This document shows positions 48,235 to 59,896 of a DNA stretch of 64,000 nt, piece after piece. The notes beneath the pieces are model-generated. The model saw only the letters and a program-made list of their open reading frames with translations, was not told the origin of the DNA and did no database searches. The position numbers were made by a program, and so were the translations under genes. The DNA comes from a virus (Duplodnaviria > Heunggongvirae > Uroviricota > Caudoviricetes), in IMG/VR virus record IMGVR_UViG_2740892441_000001. One strand, written 5' to 3'. Numbering within the stretch: position 1 is the first letter of the stretch; each line of letters starts with the position of its first letter.

Positions 48235-49171
48235 TACCTTTCGAATGGAAGAACAAACACTTCAAGGTCTTCAAGGAACGAACGGAAATTCAGCTCGTAG
48301 CACAGTTGCTCGAATGCTTTCACGTCACGATTGCCTTTGATTGTTTCGATTTCGGTAGGCGGAAACTTCGTCTCAATCAGGTTCATTAGCGTGATGTTTC
48401 TCTTGAACGCTTCGAGCATTCGACAGCCTGTTTTCTCGTTGAAGGCATTCTTCGCTAGTTTGTTGAAGGCGGTCTTATGGCGTCCTTTGTCAACCACGAT
48501 TGAGCCGTCGTTGATGCCGCGTACCATCGTTGCGACACTTCCCCATTCATGCAGCAGCTCTTTCGCACCGCCAGCACCAATGCCACCAACACCGCTAATG
48601 TTGTCCGATTTATCGCCTTGTAATGCTTTTGCTTCCAAAAATGCGCGAGGAGTAGCGAATCCTGTCAGCTCCGCAAATTGCTCAAAATTAACCTGCTTGT
48701 TTTTGGCGTCTTCGCGCAGGCTTACCCAGCTTACGTTTTCGCGAACTAACTGAAGCCAGTCGCTATCGCCTGTTAACAGATAGATGTGTTCAACGGTTGG
48801 CTGCGCTGCCATGCGGGATACCAGCAGCCCGGCCAGATCATCCGCTTCTGCATCTTTTGCAATGAGTTGGGTAACTCCAAGCGCGGTCATCATTTTGAGG
48901 ATGTATGGCTTCTGGATAGCAAAGCCTTCCTTCATCTTTTTCATATCAGGATCGTCGTCGCGATTTGCTTTGTAGTCCGGGTAAAAGTCGCGACGCTTGT
49001 CACTAAATCCATCCCAAAGAATCATAGGTCGGGCATGGAGGATGGAGGCATAACGACGGACGTTCTTAACAAAGCCGAAAGCAGCCTGTACTTCCATTTC
49101 GCCGTTGTGCAATTTGTCAGATTGTTGGTGGTAATAACCCAGCTATTGCCATCTACGAAGAGATAATTCAC
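48228..49171 (-). CDS. flap endonuclease / 5-3 exonuclease, apparent frameshift near 49100
   Basis: C-terminal ORF has YKANRD, EADD, GDSD, GDKSDNISGVGGIG motifs; N-terminal LFVDGNSWV is in ORF 49022-49222 in another frame; proposed GTG start with GGAAGGAA RBS. Confidence 0.7.
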
Positions 49172-49190
49172 CGGTACATTCCTTCCAAAA

Positions 49191-49216
49191 AGTAAGGCGT
49201 CCGTAGACGCCTTACT
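49191..49216 (-). terminator. rho-independent terminator after the SSB gene
   Basis: TAAGGCGTC..GACGCCTTA hairpin + TTTTT on minus strand. Confidence 0.5.
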
Positions 49217-49231
49217 GGTCACGTAATGGGA

Positions 49232-50260
49232 TTACAGAGAGTCCAGCTCTCTCAGTAGGTCATCCAGACCTTCATCTTCCGTCGCAGATGCGGCTGCTAC
49301 AGATGTCGCTGCGACTGCTTCAGACTCTTTGACTGATACTGCAACGGCAGCGGAACTTGCTTCTGGTTTAAATTCAGTTTCAACGGCACGGAGGATTTCT
49401 TCATCAACCAGACTGGTTGGTTCAGAAGCCGGTGTGTGCGCGGTTGCTACAGCCGTCGCTCCTTCTGTATGACCAGTGACAGAGCCAAATCCAGGTAGTG
49501 CCGCAGCCGATGTTTTCGCGGTTGAGGAAATTGCTGGTGCAGATGCTGCGGCAGTTGGTGCAGCGATGCCAATCAGACGACCCATAGTGCGAACTGTCGA
49601 CAGAAGACGAGTTTCATCAGCCTGATTTGCGTATGCGATCAGATCATGCTGGGTGTTCCAGAATTTATCTTCGATATCGCCTTTGTAGACTTTACGCTTA
49701 GGCGAGACGTCATATTTGGTATCGCGACCAGAGCCAGTACGTTTAATCAGGAATGCGTAGCCTTCCTCTTTGCTCAGTGGATTGCCGATATCATCAGCGA
49801 TGTCTTCGGTGATTGCTTTGCAGATATCATCGAATACAGTAGACGGCAGCTCGATTAACTGGCATTTCTCAGCATCTGCGAAATCCTCACGAGCAGAAAG
49901 AATGCCGTTGACCAGGTAGCGAGGAGTGGCACGCATTTGACCGATGCGTTCTTCCATTGCTTTGTTACCCTTGTGACGAGCGCGACCTTCCATCACCATT
50001 TCGCATAGCTGACAAGCGCGACCGTGAGTATGTTGCTCACAAATATAAGCGTTGGTTGCTTCTTTACCTTCCTCGTTCTGATACTTAACGTAGTGCATAC
50101 CGAAAGTCTGGAAGAACTTACCGTTTGGGTCGTCTTTATTCGGGAAGATGCGGATATAGTTGACGCCGTCTTTTAAGCGAGTCAGATCAACGTTGTTGCC
50201 ACGTTTGGCGGCAATGTCTTCACGAGTTTTGTTAAGCAAATCAAGTAATGTCTTAGACAT
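49232..50260 (-). CDS. putative ssDNA-binding protein (zinc-ribbon-like motif, acidic C-terminal tail)
   Basis: CEQHTHGRACQLC metal-binding-like cluster; Ala/Ser/Thr-rich linker; C-terminal EDEGLDDLLRELDSL acidic tail. Confidence 0.5.
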   Translation of the reverse strand: MSKTLLDLLNKTREDIAAKRGNNVDLTRLKDGVNYIRIFPNKDDPNGKFFQTFGMHYVKYQNEEGKEATNAYICEQHTHGRACQLCEMVMEGRARHKGNKAMEERIGQMRATPRYLVNGILSAREDFADAEKCQLIELPSTVFDDICKAITEDIADDIGNPLSKEEGYAFLIKRTGSGRDTKYDVSPKRKVYKGDIEDKFWNTQHDLIAYANQADETRLLSTVRTMGRLIGIAAPTAAASAPAISSTAKTSAAALPGFGSVTGHTEGATAVATAHTPASEPTSLVDEEILRAVETEFKPEASSAAVAVSVKESEAVAATSVAAASATEDEGLDDLLRELDSL

Positions 50261-50377
50261 GTGTTTCTCCTTGTTGTGATTTGGCCGATGGCGCTATGCG
50301 CGTTGGGCTTTCGTTCATTCGTGGCTCTTTCGAGCTGTTAAATGATAGATCAGTACTTACTTATTATCTATCAAAAA

Positions 50378-50809
50378 TCAACGGGGAGTAATAAAGCGTT
50401 CAGAGCCTAATCGCTCTAATTCAACGATGGCCATCTTTGACGCCTGAACGATCATGTCTCGGCGATGCGAAAAGGCGGCGACAGCATGTTTGTATATGTC
50501 TGCGATGTGCCGTGCTTCATCCAACTTCTGCCGTTTAGACAGATACTGTGGGTTTGTTTTAACCTTAGCGTCCAGTACAGACTCGTTGAACTTAATGCCG
50601 TTCATACTCAAGTTCTTACGCTCTGTGTCGTATAGCTTTGCTTCAACAGCTTCAAGGTTAAGTTTTGCCTCTGCGACATCTCGATCTGCCTGCGCTAGTT
50701 TTGACCCATACTCCATTAAAAGCCGTGGCTGTTTACGCCATACTTCCTCAAGGTTGTCGCGGTCGAACTCCAGATCGGCCATGATTTTAGAAAAAATATC
50801 AGTGTTCAC
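50378..50809 (-). CDS. hypothetical protein
   Basis: 143 aa ORF. Confidence 0.5.
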   Translation of the reverse strand: MNTDIFSKIMADLEFDRDNLEEVWRKQPRLLMEYGSKLAQADRDVAEAKLNLEAVEAKLYDTERKNLSMNGIKFNESVLDAKVKTNPQYLSKRQKLDEARHIADIYKHAVAAFSHRRDMIVQASKMAIVELERLGSERFITPR

Positions 50810-51017
50810 TCTAATAGGTTCCTACTTATAAAATCTGTATCAATTATATCAAACAGAGAACGGGTTTATGGCGTCATGTCAACTTTGTTCAGGGGAAGAT
50901 ATTGAGATCACCGAAGATAATTAGTTGTCTTATTTTGGTAAGCTGTGCTGACCATCTTTAGGTCACATACATGAGATGGATGGGGGTGTGGCATGAACGG
51001 ATGAAATTCAGTCGCCG

Positions 51018-51046
51018 TTGACAGATGTCAACACTGTGAATAGAAT
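51018..51046 (+). promoter_or_regulatory. sigma70-type promoter (TTGACA-17-TAGAAT) with overlapping palindrome GTTGACA-GAT-GTCAAC
   Basis: Consensus-like -35/-10 with 17-nt spacer; inverted repeat across the -35 suggests autoregulation. Confidence 0.55.
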
Positions 51047-51063
51047 ACTATTATCGGAGGCGA

Positions 51064-51288
51064 ATGAAGCAACATCCGAATAAGCATATTCAAGCAGCCA
51101 TTGACTATGCATTAAGTAAAGGCTGGATCTGGGTAGCAGCTGGTGGTGCTGCACATTGTTTTTGCAGACTGCGATGCGGTAATCCAGAAGGTGAACACAA
51201 AACTCACCAAATGAGCGTATGGTCGACTCCGGGTAATCCCGAAAACCATGCCAAACAGATCAAACGAATGGTTGATCGTTGTAAATGA
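51064..51288 (+). CDS. HicA-like toxin (tentative)
   Basis: 74 aa; KGWIWV..GGAAHCF...STPGNPENH...QIKRMV loosely follows the HicA pattern; GGAGG RBS. Confidence 0.35.
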   Translation: MKQHPNKHIQAAIDYALSKGWIWVAAGGAAHCFCRLRCGNPEGEHKTHQMSVWSTPGNPENHAKQIKRMVDRCK

Positions 51289-51348
51289 TTTCAAGGCGGC
51301 ATTAGCCGCCTTTTGCAGAAACTGTCCAACTATCTTCAAAGGAAAACT

Positions 51349-51912
51349 ATGGCGCTTTATAACTTCACTCTGACGCTCTCAGGCGTATCGTATGAGACGG
51401 AAGGACTGGAAGACGCGCTGTACCAAAACGGCTGTGACGATGCGCTAATTTGCGCATATGGAAACTCCGTCTATGTAGAATTTGACCGCGAAGCACAATC
51501 ACTTGATGCAGCTATCGCATCTGCGGTCGACAATATTGAATCAGCCGGTATCGGTGCAATTGTTGAATCCGTCGACTCGGCTCTTGTGGGCTTAAGCGAT
51601 ATCGCGGAACTGACAGACCTGTCTCGCCAGGCAGTGGCGTTGCTCAAAGACGGTAAGCGCGGAAGCGGCGACTTCCCTTGCCCTGTACAACGCATAAAAG
51701 GCCAGTCTCCTCTCTGGGATTGGGCTGATGTGGCTGAATGGCTCATGAATAACGGACGACTTAAAGAGGGCGATCAAATTGTCCAAAATGCCCGAACTTT
51801 GAGTAAATGGAATCTGGCGCTTCGAAACAGCGTCTCGAAAGATTTCAACGAAATAGAGCAAATTGCGGAGAAACTGATTAAACGCCGCAAAGATATTGCG
51901 AAATGCGCATAA
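51349..51912 (+). CDS. HicB-like antitoxin with C-terminal HTH (tentative)
   Basis: Start set at ATG after AAAGGAAAA RBS; C-terminal LSDIAELTDLSRQAVALLKDGKRG..WDWADVAEWL helix-turn-helix-like. Confidence 0.35.
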   Translation: MALYNFTLTLSGVSYETEGLEDALYQNGCDDALICAYGNSVYVEFDREAQSLDAAIASAVDNIESAGIGAIVESVDSALVGLSDIAELTDLSRQAVALLKDGKRGSGDFPCPVQRIKGQSPLWDWADVAEWLMNNGRLKEGDQIVQNARTLSKWNLALRNSVSKDFNEIEQIAEKLIKRRKDIAKCA

Positions 51913-51913
51913 T

Positions 51914-51945
51914 GATGCCCGCCAATTGGCGGGCATCTGTTCTCT
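51914..51945 (+). terminator. hairpin GATGCCCGCC-AATT-GGCGGGCATC after the two-gene cassette
   Basis: 10-bp GC-rich stem; weak T-tail. Confidence 0.4.
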
Positions 51946-52241
51946 GTAAAGGTGTCTGGCATCGTCTGGTTCGTTAACGTTTACTAAACCAATGGTGACA
52001 AAAATTAGTTATCTTTGAAAAATAAAGGTTGCATGAAAAGAAGGGGTATGCGTTAATAGCATCGTTGGTTTGCAATACAGACCTTATGTAAGCAGTTTTA
52101 GTAAAGCAGTCTCAGTTCAGTGTTATCTTCTGATTTCCCTTCTTCGTGAGTCTCCTCCTTAAGTGCCTAAGTAAGTCCCAATCTATACAGATCAAATTCT
52201 CGCCGCACTATGTGGCTCACAAAATTAAGAAGGTAATATCT

Positions 52242-52457
52242 ATGTCTAATAAAATGACTGGTTTAGTAAAATGGTTTAACTCTGATAAAGGCTTTGGCTT
52301 TATTTCTCCTGCTGATGGCAGTAAAGATGTTTTTGTACATTTTTCGGCAATTCAGAGTAATAATTTCCGCACTTTGGAAGAAGGCCAGCAGGTCGAATTC
52401 TCTATCGAGAATGGGGCTAAAGGCCCAGCAGCAGCAAATGTCGTTGCTCTAAGTTGA
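52242..52457 (+). CDS. cspA: cold-shock protein, CspA family
   Basis: [38 protein letters not shown]...[10 protein letters not shown] matches CspA-family proteins; long ORF-free leader upstream. Confidence 0.8.
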   Translation: MSNKMTGLVKWFNSDKGFGFISPADGSKDVFVHFSAIQSNNFRTLEEGQQVEFSIENGAKGPAAANVVALS

Positions 52458-52733
52458 TTCAACGCTGATGATCCTCATTTCTACAATAACGAAGACGGTG
52501 TAAGCCTGAGTGGATAGATTTGTAGGATTGTACAAGTTGAATAAATTAGCATGGTAAGGCCATGCTAATTAAATCGACACAACGGCCAGTTTATTCCATA
52601 AAAGTGAATTGCCCATTGTGGCGAAATGCGGGGTTGCCGCATGAATAGTCAAAGGCAGAAGCTAACTGCCGGCATGGCAAAACAAAGTGCGTAAGAGGAG
52701 TGACTTCCTCAACAAGCGTCATAATTCTTTATA

Positions 52734-52757
52734 AACCCGCCAACAGGCGGGTTTTCT
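52734..52757. terminator. bidirectional terminator hairpin AACCCGCC-AACA-GGCGGGTT
   Basis: GC stem with T-run on plus strand and T-rich tail on minus strand; lies between csp and the dnaE-like stop. Confidence 0.5.
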
Positions 52758-52760
52758 TTA

Positions 52761-55700
52761 TTACTTATTTATTGTCTCCGCGATATCAGCCAGAATGGCC
52801 TCCAGTCGCTCTCCTTCTTCCGGTCGGAAGTACAGGATATTCGGGTTAAATCCGTAGAAGACGGTTGCATCAAGCTCTGGGAAGTACTCCTTACGACCAA
52901 TCAGATCTGATGGTTTACTCTTATTGTTAAATAGTGCGGTTGAACGACTACCACACGTCAAAATGTAGGTCGGACGCACCAGATTGATCTCTTCACGCAT
53001 AAAGTCGGTGAACTGGCCGATCTCGTCTTTGGTGTAGTCTTTTTCTTTGTCTTTAACCTTCTTGCAAACGCCTGTGACATAGAGATCGCCCATGCGTAAA
53101 TCTCCAGCCGTCAATAGCTTGGCCTTAAAGTCGTCGTATCCGTTCTCCATGAAGTAACCGGTTCGAGCATCATTGCCGTTCGCATTGTCCAGAATGATCA
53201 TGATTTTCGGCTTAATACCAATGCTGGGGCGGATTAGTTCATCACCTAAGCCCATTTCAGCCGCCATCCGTGTCATGAGCACGTTAATCTCAGCCGAACG
53301 TTTGGGGTTCATCTCAAACGGACGTGAGGCTTTAACTGCGTCTATGACAAGGTTTCCCATCAATTCAGCCTGGTCGCGTAGGCGCTCTGGATCAGTTGCT
53401 GGCAGACTACCTGGCTCGATGGATGCAAACGCCCCTACTTTTTGCAGCGATTCGCGCACTCGACTATTACAGGCACGTTTCTCGACAGCTTCTTCGAATT
53501 GCGCCAGTGACTCGAATTTGCCGCCAACTTTTTCTCGCGCTCTCATGATGGCTTGGCAGCCATTCTCAGAACACCCCTTCACAGCAGAGAAGGGCGCATA
53601 CAGCACCTGGCTGCCATCTTCAAGCGTGCGGATCTCGATTCGGTTAGATGACACGTTAACGTCTGGTGGCAATACGCGAATACCATAGGTCAGCGCATCT
53701 TTAACCAGCCCCTGGTGTTTATCTTCGCCAAGAATAGTGAGAGCAGCAGCGAAAAACTCTGCGGGATAATGAGTTTTCAACCACATAGATTGATAACTGA
53801 TTAAGGAGTAGGCAACAGAGTGTGATTTATTGAACTGGTAGGCACCATTTTTTTCGAATGCGGTCCAGATCTCCTTCGCTTTCATCTCTGATAGCCCTGG
53901 ATGTGACGCTGTAACGCGTACTGCGTTTATAGGTAGTTTTGCGCCGTGCTCAAGTGCCTCTTCGACAGTTTTCAGAGTTCCGTCTTCGCATTTAAAATGT
54001 TCCGCACGGTGAATGCGCTGTGTAGTGCCATCTTCCAGCTCAACGTCTATCCAGCCAGCTTGAGCCTGAACGATGAACTTCTCGCCCATGCTCTTCATTT
54101 TTTCCATGTTCTTCTTACCGATTGCGGAACGCACACCGTCAGCTTCAGCCATTGTGAAGCCGGCAAGCAATCGAGTCGCGTTCATCGTCTGTTCCTGATA
54201 GAGAATCACGCCATTTGTTTCCGCGGTAAGTTCATCAAGAACGGGGTGTAATGATTCCGGCGTCATAAAGCCTTTGGCGACAGAAACATAGTCGTCCAAC
54301 ATGCCGGATTGGATCGGGCCAGGTCGGAAGAGTGCGGTCGTGGCGACAACGGTTTTAAAGCTCATTGGCTCAATGCCACCGCCTAGATCTTTAAGCAGCT
54401 TGCGCATGGGGCCGGACTCCAGCTGGAATACGCCCTGTGTATACCCTGCAGCAAAACCATCCAGCACCTTGCGATCTTCAAGAGAAATGGCATCAAGATT
54501 GATATCTTCACCTGTGTTCTCTTTTATGTAGCGTTTTGCACTATCGAGCAAATCGAGAGTTGCCAGGCCAAGCACGTCCAGCTTAATTAGGCCCATAGCC
54601 TCGCAGTAACGCTTGTCAAATGCGATACAACGCGCGTCACCACGGCGCTCAACCGGTGTACGTTCTGTCAGAGGAACACCTGCTACAATCATCCCTGCCG
54701 CATGTCTACCAAAGCCACGCATAAGGCTTTGTAACTTGCAGGCTGCATTGAATGCATCAGGATATTTTGTTGCGTATTTGTCGAGACTTGCCAGTTGTTC
54801 GCGCAGCTCTTCCAATGGAAGGCTATCATCCTCGACGTTCTTCAGTTCTTTTGATACCGCCATATCTGCGGACTCCACACCATAAATACGAGCGGTGTCA
54901 CGTAGTGCAGAGCTGCGCCCAGGTAGGTGAAGTTCGGAATGCCTGCAACGTAATCTTCGCCGTAGCGTTCATTCAGATACTCGATCACCTCATGGCGACG
55001 TGCCTGGCTGAAGTCCAAGTCCGCATCCGGCAAGTCGAGACGCTCAGGGTTGATGAAACGCTCAAACAGAAGACCGTGACGGATTGGGTCGACGTTGGTT
55101 ATGCCTATGCACCACGCCACCAGAGAACCGGCAGAGGAACCACGACCAGGCCCGACAGGAATGCCAGTTTCACGGCTGTGATTCATCAGATCGCGTACCA
55201 TCAGGAAGTAACCACAAAATCCCAGGCGAGTCAGCGTGTTCATTTCGTACTTTAGCCGCTCAACATAAACCCTGTTCTCAGAAGCAGGTGGTGTGTATCC
55301 AAACTCTTTTGTGGTAAGACGTTTACGCAGCCCTGCAACAGCCAGTTTCATCAGCGTTGCAGGTTCGTCGTCTGCCATCTTGGGCAGTGCTGGTGGCAAT
55401 TCATGCCAGCGCCATGTGCAGGCATCGATAATGGAGTCCTGCGTTGTTGAGGCCATTGCAGCTGTTACCGGCACATCCATGCGAACGGAGAAGGCTTTAA
55501 GCGCCTCAAGGAGATGGCGACGACCATTGATGGCGTTATCTCGCTGGTGGGGGATACGCAGACGATGCGGCTGGTCGATTTTTATGTTGTTCGTAACCAT
55601 GTGCGCAATGTCTTTAATGTCTGCATCGTCGATCGATTCGTAATAAGCGGGATAGAACGCTACTGGCTCTATTTTCAGTGCGCTGGCTACTTTCATCGCT

Positions 55701-56278
55701 CGGACGTTAATCTGGTCGTAGAATGGGGTAGGGTGCGGATAAACCACGCTATAGAAGTTGTCTTTCCCGCCCGCTGTAATCAGTGAGCTTATGATTTTTG
55801 CAAAATCGTTGCGTTGGAACACGCTACCGATGTCGGAAGTGAGCAGGATGATGTTGCCTTTGGCATATGTAGAAACCAACTGTTCGAGCGAGAGACGCGG
55901 TACAAAGTAGAACTGTTCTCGTGTGTTGGCCACCGTCATTAGTTCGCAGATGTCGCGATATCCTTGCTCATTTTTAATTAGAGCGGTAAACGAGTAGTTA
56001 CGTCCCCGCTCTAATGATTCCATACATCTCATAGATTCTTTAGCAAGTTTAGCCCGGTGCTCGTATGTGGGATCATCAACGATATTTAGTTTCACACCAC
56101 AAATAACCGCCATGTCGTCACCAGCGGCACGTTGTAGTGGAATAACACTCGCAATATTCATGCTATCTGCTGAAATTACAGCGGTGTAGCCAGCTTCTCT
56201 GGCAATCTTCACCGCGTTTTCTGCTTTTAGAGCCGACTCCCCAAGTGAGAAGTCAGTTCGAACCATCAGTGCTTTCAT
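52761..56278 (-). CDS. dnaE: DNA polymerase III alpha-like (DnaE-type) polymerase, apparent frameshift near 54842-54878
   Basis: N-terminal ORF has PHP domain and GIPVGPGRGSSAGSLVAW..DPIRHGLLFERFINPER; C-terminal ORF has GLIKLDVLGLATL, GVFQLESGPM, FNKSHSVAYSLISYQSMWLKTHYPAEF. Confidence 0.8.
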
Positions 56279-56457
56279 GTGTTTTTACCTTTATGGTTTT
56301 TTTGATTTTGTCATTGGGGAAGCTACGAACTTCCCATACATCGAAATCGCAACTTCTTTTGCTGATTGGTGACAATCGGGCTTGTCTGGACATACCAGAC
56401 AAGCCTTACCAGTTTCAGAAGCAGCGATAAGAGAGCCGAAACATCCTTTACGCACGA

Positions 56458-57693
56458 TCAACCAAATATTTTTTGAACAACTTCACGAGCCGCTTGTGCA
56501 GAAGCTGAAGGGAGTTTGTTAATGAAAGAACGCTCAATACCTGTCACAAAGTCGCCTCGCATCATTCCAATCTTGGCCGACAACAAAAGTTCACGAGGGC
56601 CAATTGGCTGACTGATAAGGTGTTCTTCGTATCCATCGCGAACGATACCGGCAAACTTAACCATCTTTTCTGCGTATTCATCCACGATACCGGCATTTAT
56701 CAACATGTTGATCTCTGCCTCTTTGCTCATGTATTTCACATTCGAAACGATGCCAAAACGCGAAAAGTTCGCGGCGTTCTGGATGTTTGTACCCTGGTAC
56801 AAGCCGGTTTCATCACCAGATCCGTTCGTGTTGCCAGTGCCAATGAAAGCAAACCGTTCATGCGGAGTAATGCGACGCCATTCTGGAGTCGCCTCTTTGA
56901 TGACTAACGCTTCACCTTCCAGCACTGGCTGATACACGCCAAGAATTTGTGGAAACGCAAAGTCATATTCATCCGCGAGGTAAACCCAGCCATGCTTCAT
57001 TGCGAGCGCAAGCAAGCCAGGCTCGAAATACGTAGAGCCATCACGCGCCAGAATTTGTCCCGTAACATGTGCCTCTTCCATTGATGCTGTATGTTGGGCA
57101 CGGATCAACGGACGATTGAGCAAAGCACATAGCTGTGTAGGCAATGACGATTTGCCTGTTCCTGCATGACCCCACAAATAGCCTGGTATGCCAAGTTCAA
57201 GCATCATGAAAATGTCTTTGATCAGTTCGAAGTCGCCATATACGTATCCCTTCTTCACTTCTGGAACGAACTCTGGAAACGGCGTATTGACGTTGACGCT
57301 AACCATGAGCGGCGTCCCACGTTTTGTTCCGAGTTCTTTCACCGTTACGTTTAGCAGTTCGTGAGCTGCGACCAGATCTGTCTTGTACTCAACTGTGCCT
57401 GTGTAGCCTGGGCTACTGGTCACGCCAGATGATTTGGCCATTTCGCTTTTTTGCTCGGCACGTTTAGCTTGAATTGCATCAAGTGCCTTTTTCGATAGCG
57501 TTGGCTCATCTGGAAACTGTGTTGTGTACATTTTCAGTACGGTGTCAGGATCGGCATCTTTTACTGACTCAGGAATGCCCTCGCAATTACCATTGGCTAC
57601 ATGGGACTTAAAATAGTGAAATGATTTTCCGCACCACTTGCAAACAAGGTAATCAGAAGGATTTTTTTCATTTTGCAGTGCAGTAGTAGTCAT
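56458..57693 (-). CDS. CobS/MoxR-like AAA+ ATPase
   Basis: Walker A GHAGTGKS and AAA+ core; paired with the vWA protein. Confidence 0.65.
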   Translation of the reverse strand: MTTTALQNEKNPSDYLVCKWCGKSFHYFKSHVANGNCEGIPESVKDADPDTVLKMYTTQFPDEPTLSKKALDAIQAKRAEQKSEMAKSSGVTSSPGYTGTVEYKTDLVAAHELLNVTVKELGTKRGTPLMVSVNVNTPFPEFVPEVKKGYVYGDFELIKDIFMMLELGIPGYLWGHAGTGKSSLPTQLCALLNRPLIRAQHTASMEEAHVTGQILARDGSTYFEPGLLALAMKHGWVYLADEYDFAFPQILGVYQPVLEGEALVIKEATPEWRRITPHERFAFIGTGNTNGSGDETGLYQGTNIQNAANFSRFGIVSNVKYMSKEAEINMLINAGIVDEYAEKMVKFAGIVRDGYEEHLISQPIGPRELLLSAKIGMMRGDFVTGIERSFINKLPSASAQAAREVVQKIFG

Positions 57694-57755
57694 GCGTTTT
57701 TCCTTTGTTTTCTAATGAGCGTTCAACTTCTTATATAAATATATCATTATCTATC

Positions 57756-57771
57756 GTAAGTGGTTACTTAT
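57756..57771. promoter_or_regulatory. palindrome GTAAGT-GGTT-ACTTAT (motif B)
   Basis: Inverted repeat upstream of the cobS-like gene. Confidence 0.3.
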
Positions 57772-57788
57772 CGTTAAGGCTGTTTTGT

Positions 57789-59896
57789 TCACTTTAAAAT
57801 GATACGAGATAGTTCAGTAACTACAGATGAACCAAGACTATCAACGCTCGTTACCAGGGCATGATTTGAGTAAAATCTCTCCGGTGCGTCAGTCATGATG
57901 CCAATTGCCATCAAATCAATGTCAGTCTGCGTTTCAATTTGCTTCGCAACCGAACGCAAATGAGCGTCAAAACCTCTCCCAACAGCCCACGGCTCGCCAT
58001 CACTCAGAACAAGCATGATCTTCCTGTCCTCCATGCGACCGGAAAATAACGATGCAAGACTGGCTATGCTTTCACCATCCACGTTATTAAGAAGTGGGAA
58101 TGTGTAGCCTACGCACCCCATACGTGAGCGAACTTCGCGAGAATTTACCTTTTCATTCCAATTTTTGATGATAGGTAGCATTAAAGATTCAAAGCGAGAG
58201 AACTCATACTTGACAGCCTTAAGTTCTCCTGCCGCCATATGACTACCAAATGTAGTGAAGCCGGTGATAATGTTGGGAACATTTATTCGATCAAGGGCAT
58301 CGGCGATGGTATATGCACTTGCAAGAGCTAGTTTTATCGTTTCGCCACTCATTGAACCTGATAAATCAATCACTTGCTGAACACAGGCGTTAACGGCTTT
58401 AGATTCTTCTTTTTTACGAAACACGCGATCATCATTCATTGCTAATCTGTAGATACTAGAGCCATGAATGCGCCCCCGACGCTGGCCCGGTATAAACTGA
58501 ACTCTGTTTCTGCTTGCTATTGCACGTTCCAGGTCTTTTGCTAGCGTCGACGAAACACCTGACGAAAGATGCTTTTCAATATATTTGTCGAAGAGCTGGT
58601 TGCCTTCAGGAACGATGCGATAGCGGCTGATTGGATATCCTCCCAAATCAATATCGGAGAATGTTTTAATAAGCCGTTTGATATGGCTTCTGCCTGATCA
58701 ATCGAGCCGATGAAGTCGTATGAGCGATTGTATGGCCTGTATTCGCTTTTCGAGCTTTCTGTTAACTCGCTTTTAATCGTTTCGGATAGAGCATCTTCTG
58801 TCATGCCTCCGACTTCATCTTCTATGCTATCCAGCTCCTCTAAAGCCTCTTCCAGACTCATTTTTGACGGAGTTGGGATATCTGAAGAGCCGTCTTCTGT
58901 CGTTTTTCTTTTTTCGTGGTCAGCGGTTAATGATTCTGACGCCGCGTTATCAGAAGCATCAGAATCTGATACCTCTTTATCATTTTCTGTATCATCGAAT
59001 ATTGTTTCTGATGATTCAGAATTATCTGAATCATCACTGTTGTTATTATCATGTTTGTGCTTACTATGTGATTCTGATTTGATAGATTTGTGATTATCTA
59101 ACGATGAAGGTGTCTCATGATCTTCGTTGTCTTCATTGTTTTCTCCAGAGGCATCCGTCTGGTCAGCGTCAGAAGGATCGGAAGTTTTTCCCGGAGCTGA
59201 CTCCTTACCTTTGCTTTCACTTTCAGTGTCTTTGAGGATCTTAGCTATGGTCGCAGCCACCTTTACACAATCCTCGGTGCAAGACATGTTACGCACGGCC
59301 ACATCGATACCATATTCTTTTAATAATGAAATTGGTTTCTCAATGACAGGCCAGTATTCATCCATGAAATCTACGAACGGTGCTTGGCCATCCCAGGCTC
59401 TTACAACCGGACAGAGAAAGAAGTTTAGAAAAAGCGCGCGCTGATCTTTGCCACAATAAGCAATAGCCTCTGAAGCCTTTGGTTTAAAGACTTTTTCGAT
59501 TATAAGGCGCTGAGTTGCCATCAGATTACGTCTTGTTCCGTTAAAGACCTGACCCATTTTTCGCTCGATGAACACGTCTTCTAAGGCATTCCATAGCGAC
59601 CAGGAAGGAACGCGTCCTTTTTCTCTCATTTTGTTGGACACACGAATATCGGTAAACAAAATGTGAGCAACCTCATGATCGAGAAATCCGCGCACAGCAT
59701 TCATCAATGCCGGTGTTGCGTTATCCGGGATTGATGGGATGTTTACGAGAATTGGCTCTCCATCATCGTTATAGCGTACATAAGCGTCGTCCCCTCGTTC
59801 TGCAACAGGGATGTTTTTACCTGAAAGGAGAGCGACTACTCGTTTTACACTGTCACGGAAGTCCTGAACCTCTTTGATGGAACGTTTTTTAGACAT
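57789..59896 (-). CDS. CobT-like von Willebrand factor A protein with acidic Ser/Asp-rich linker, apparent frameshift near 58541-58646
   Basis: C-terminal ORF has MIDAS motif DLSGSM; N-terminal ORF carries an acidic low-complexity linker; the two overlap in different frames. Confidence 0.55.

Noticed and set aside
58710-59093. Plus-strand ORFs 58710-59093 and 58864-59082 inside the cobT-like gene
   Set aside because: Antisense translations of the acidic Ser/Asp-rich linker region; low complexity.
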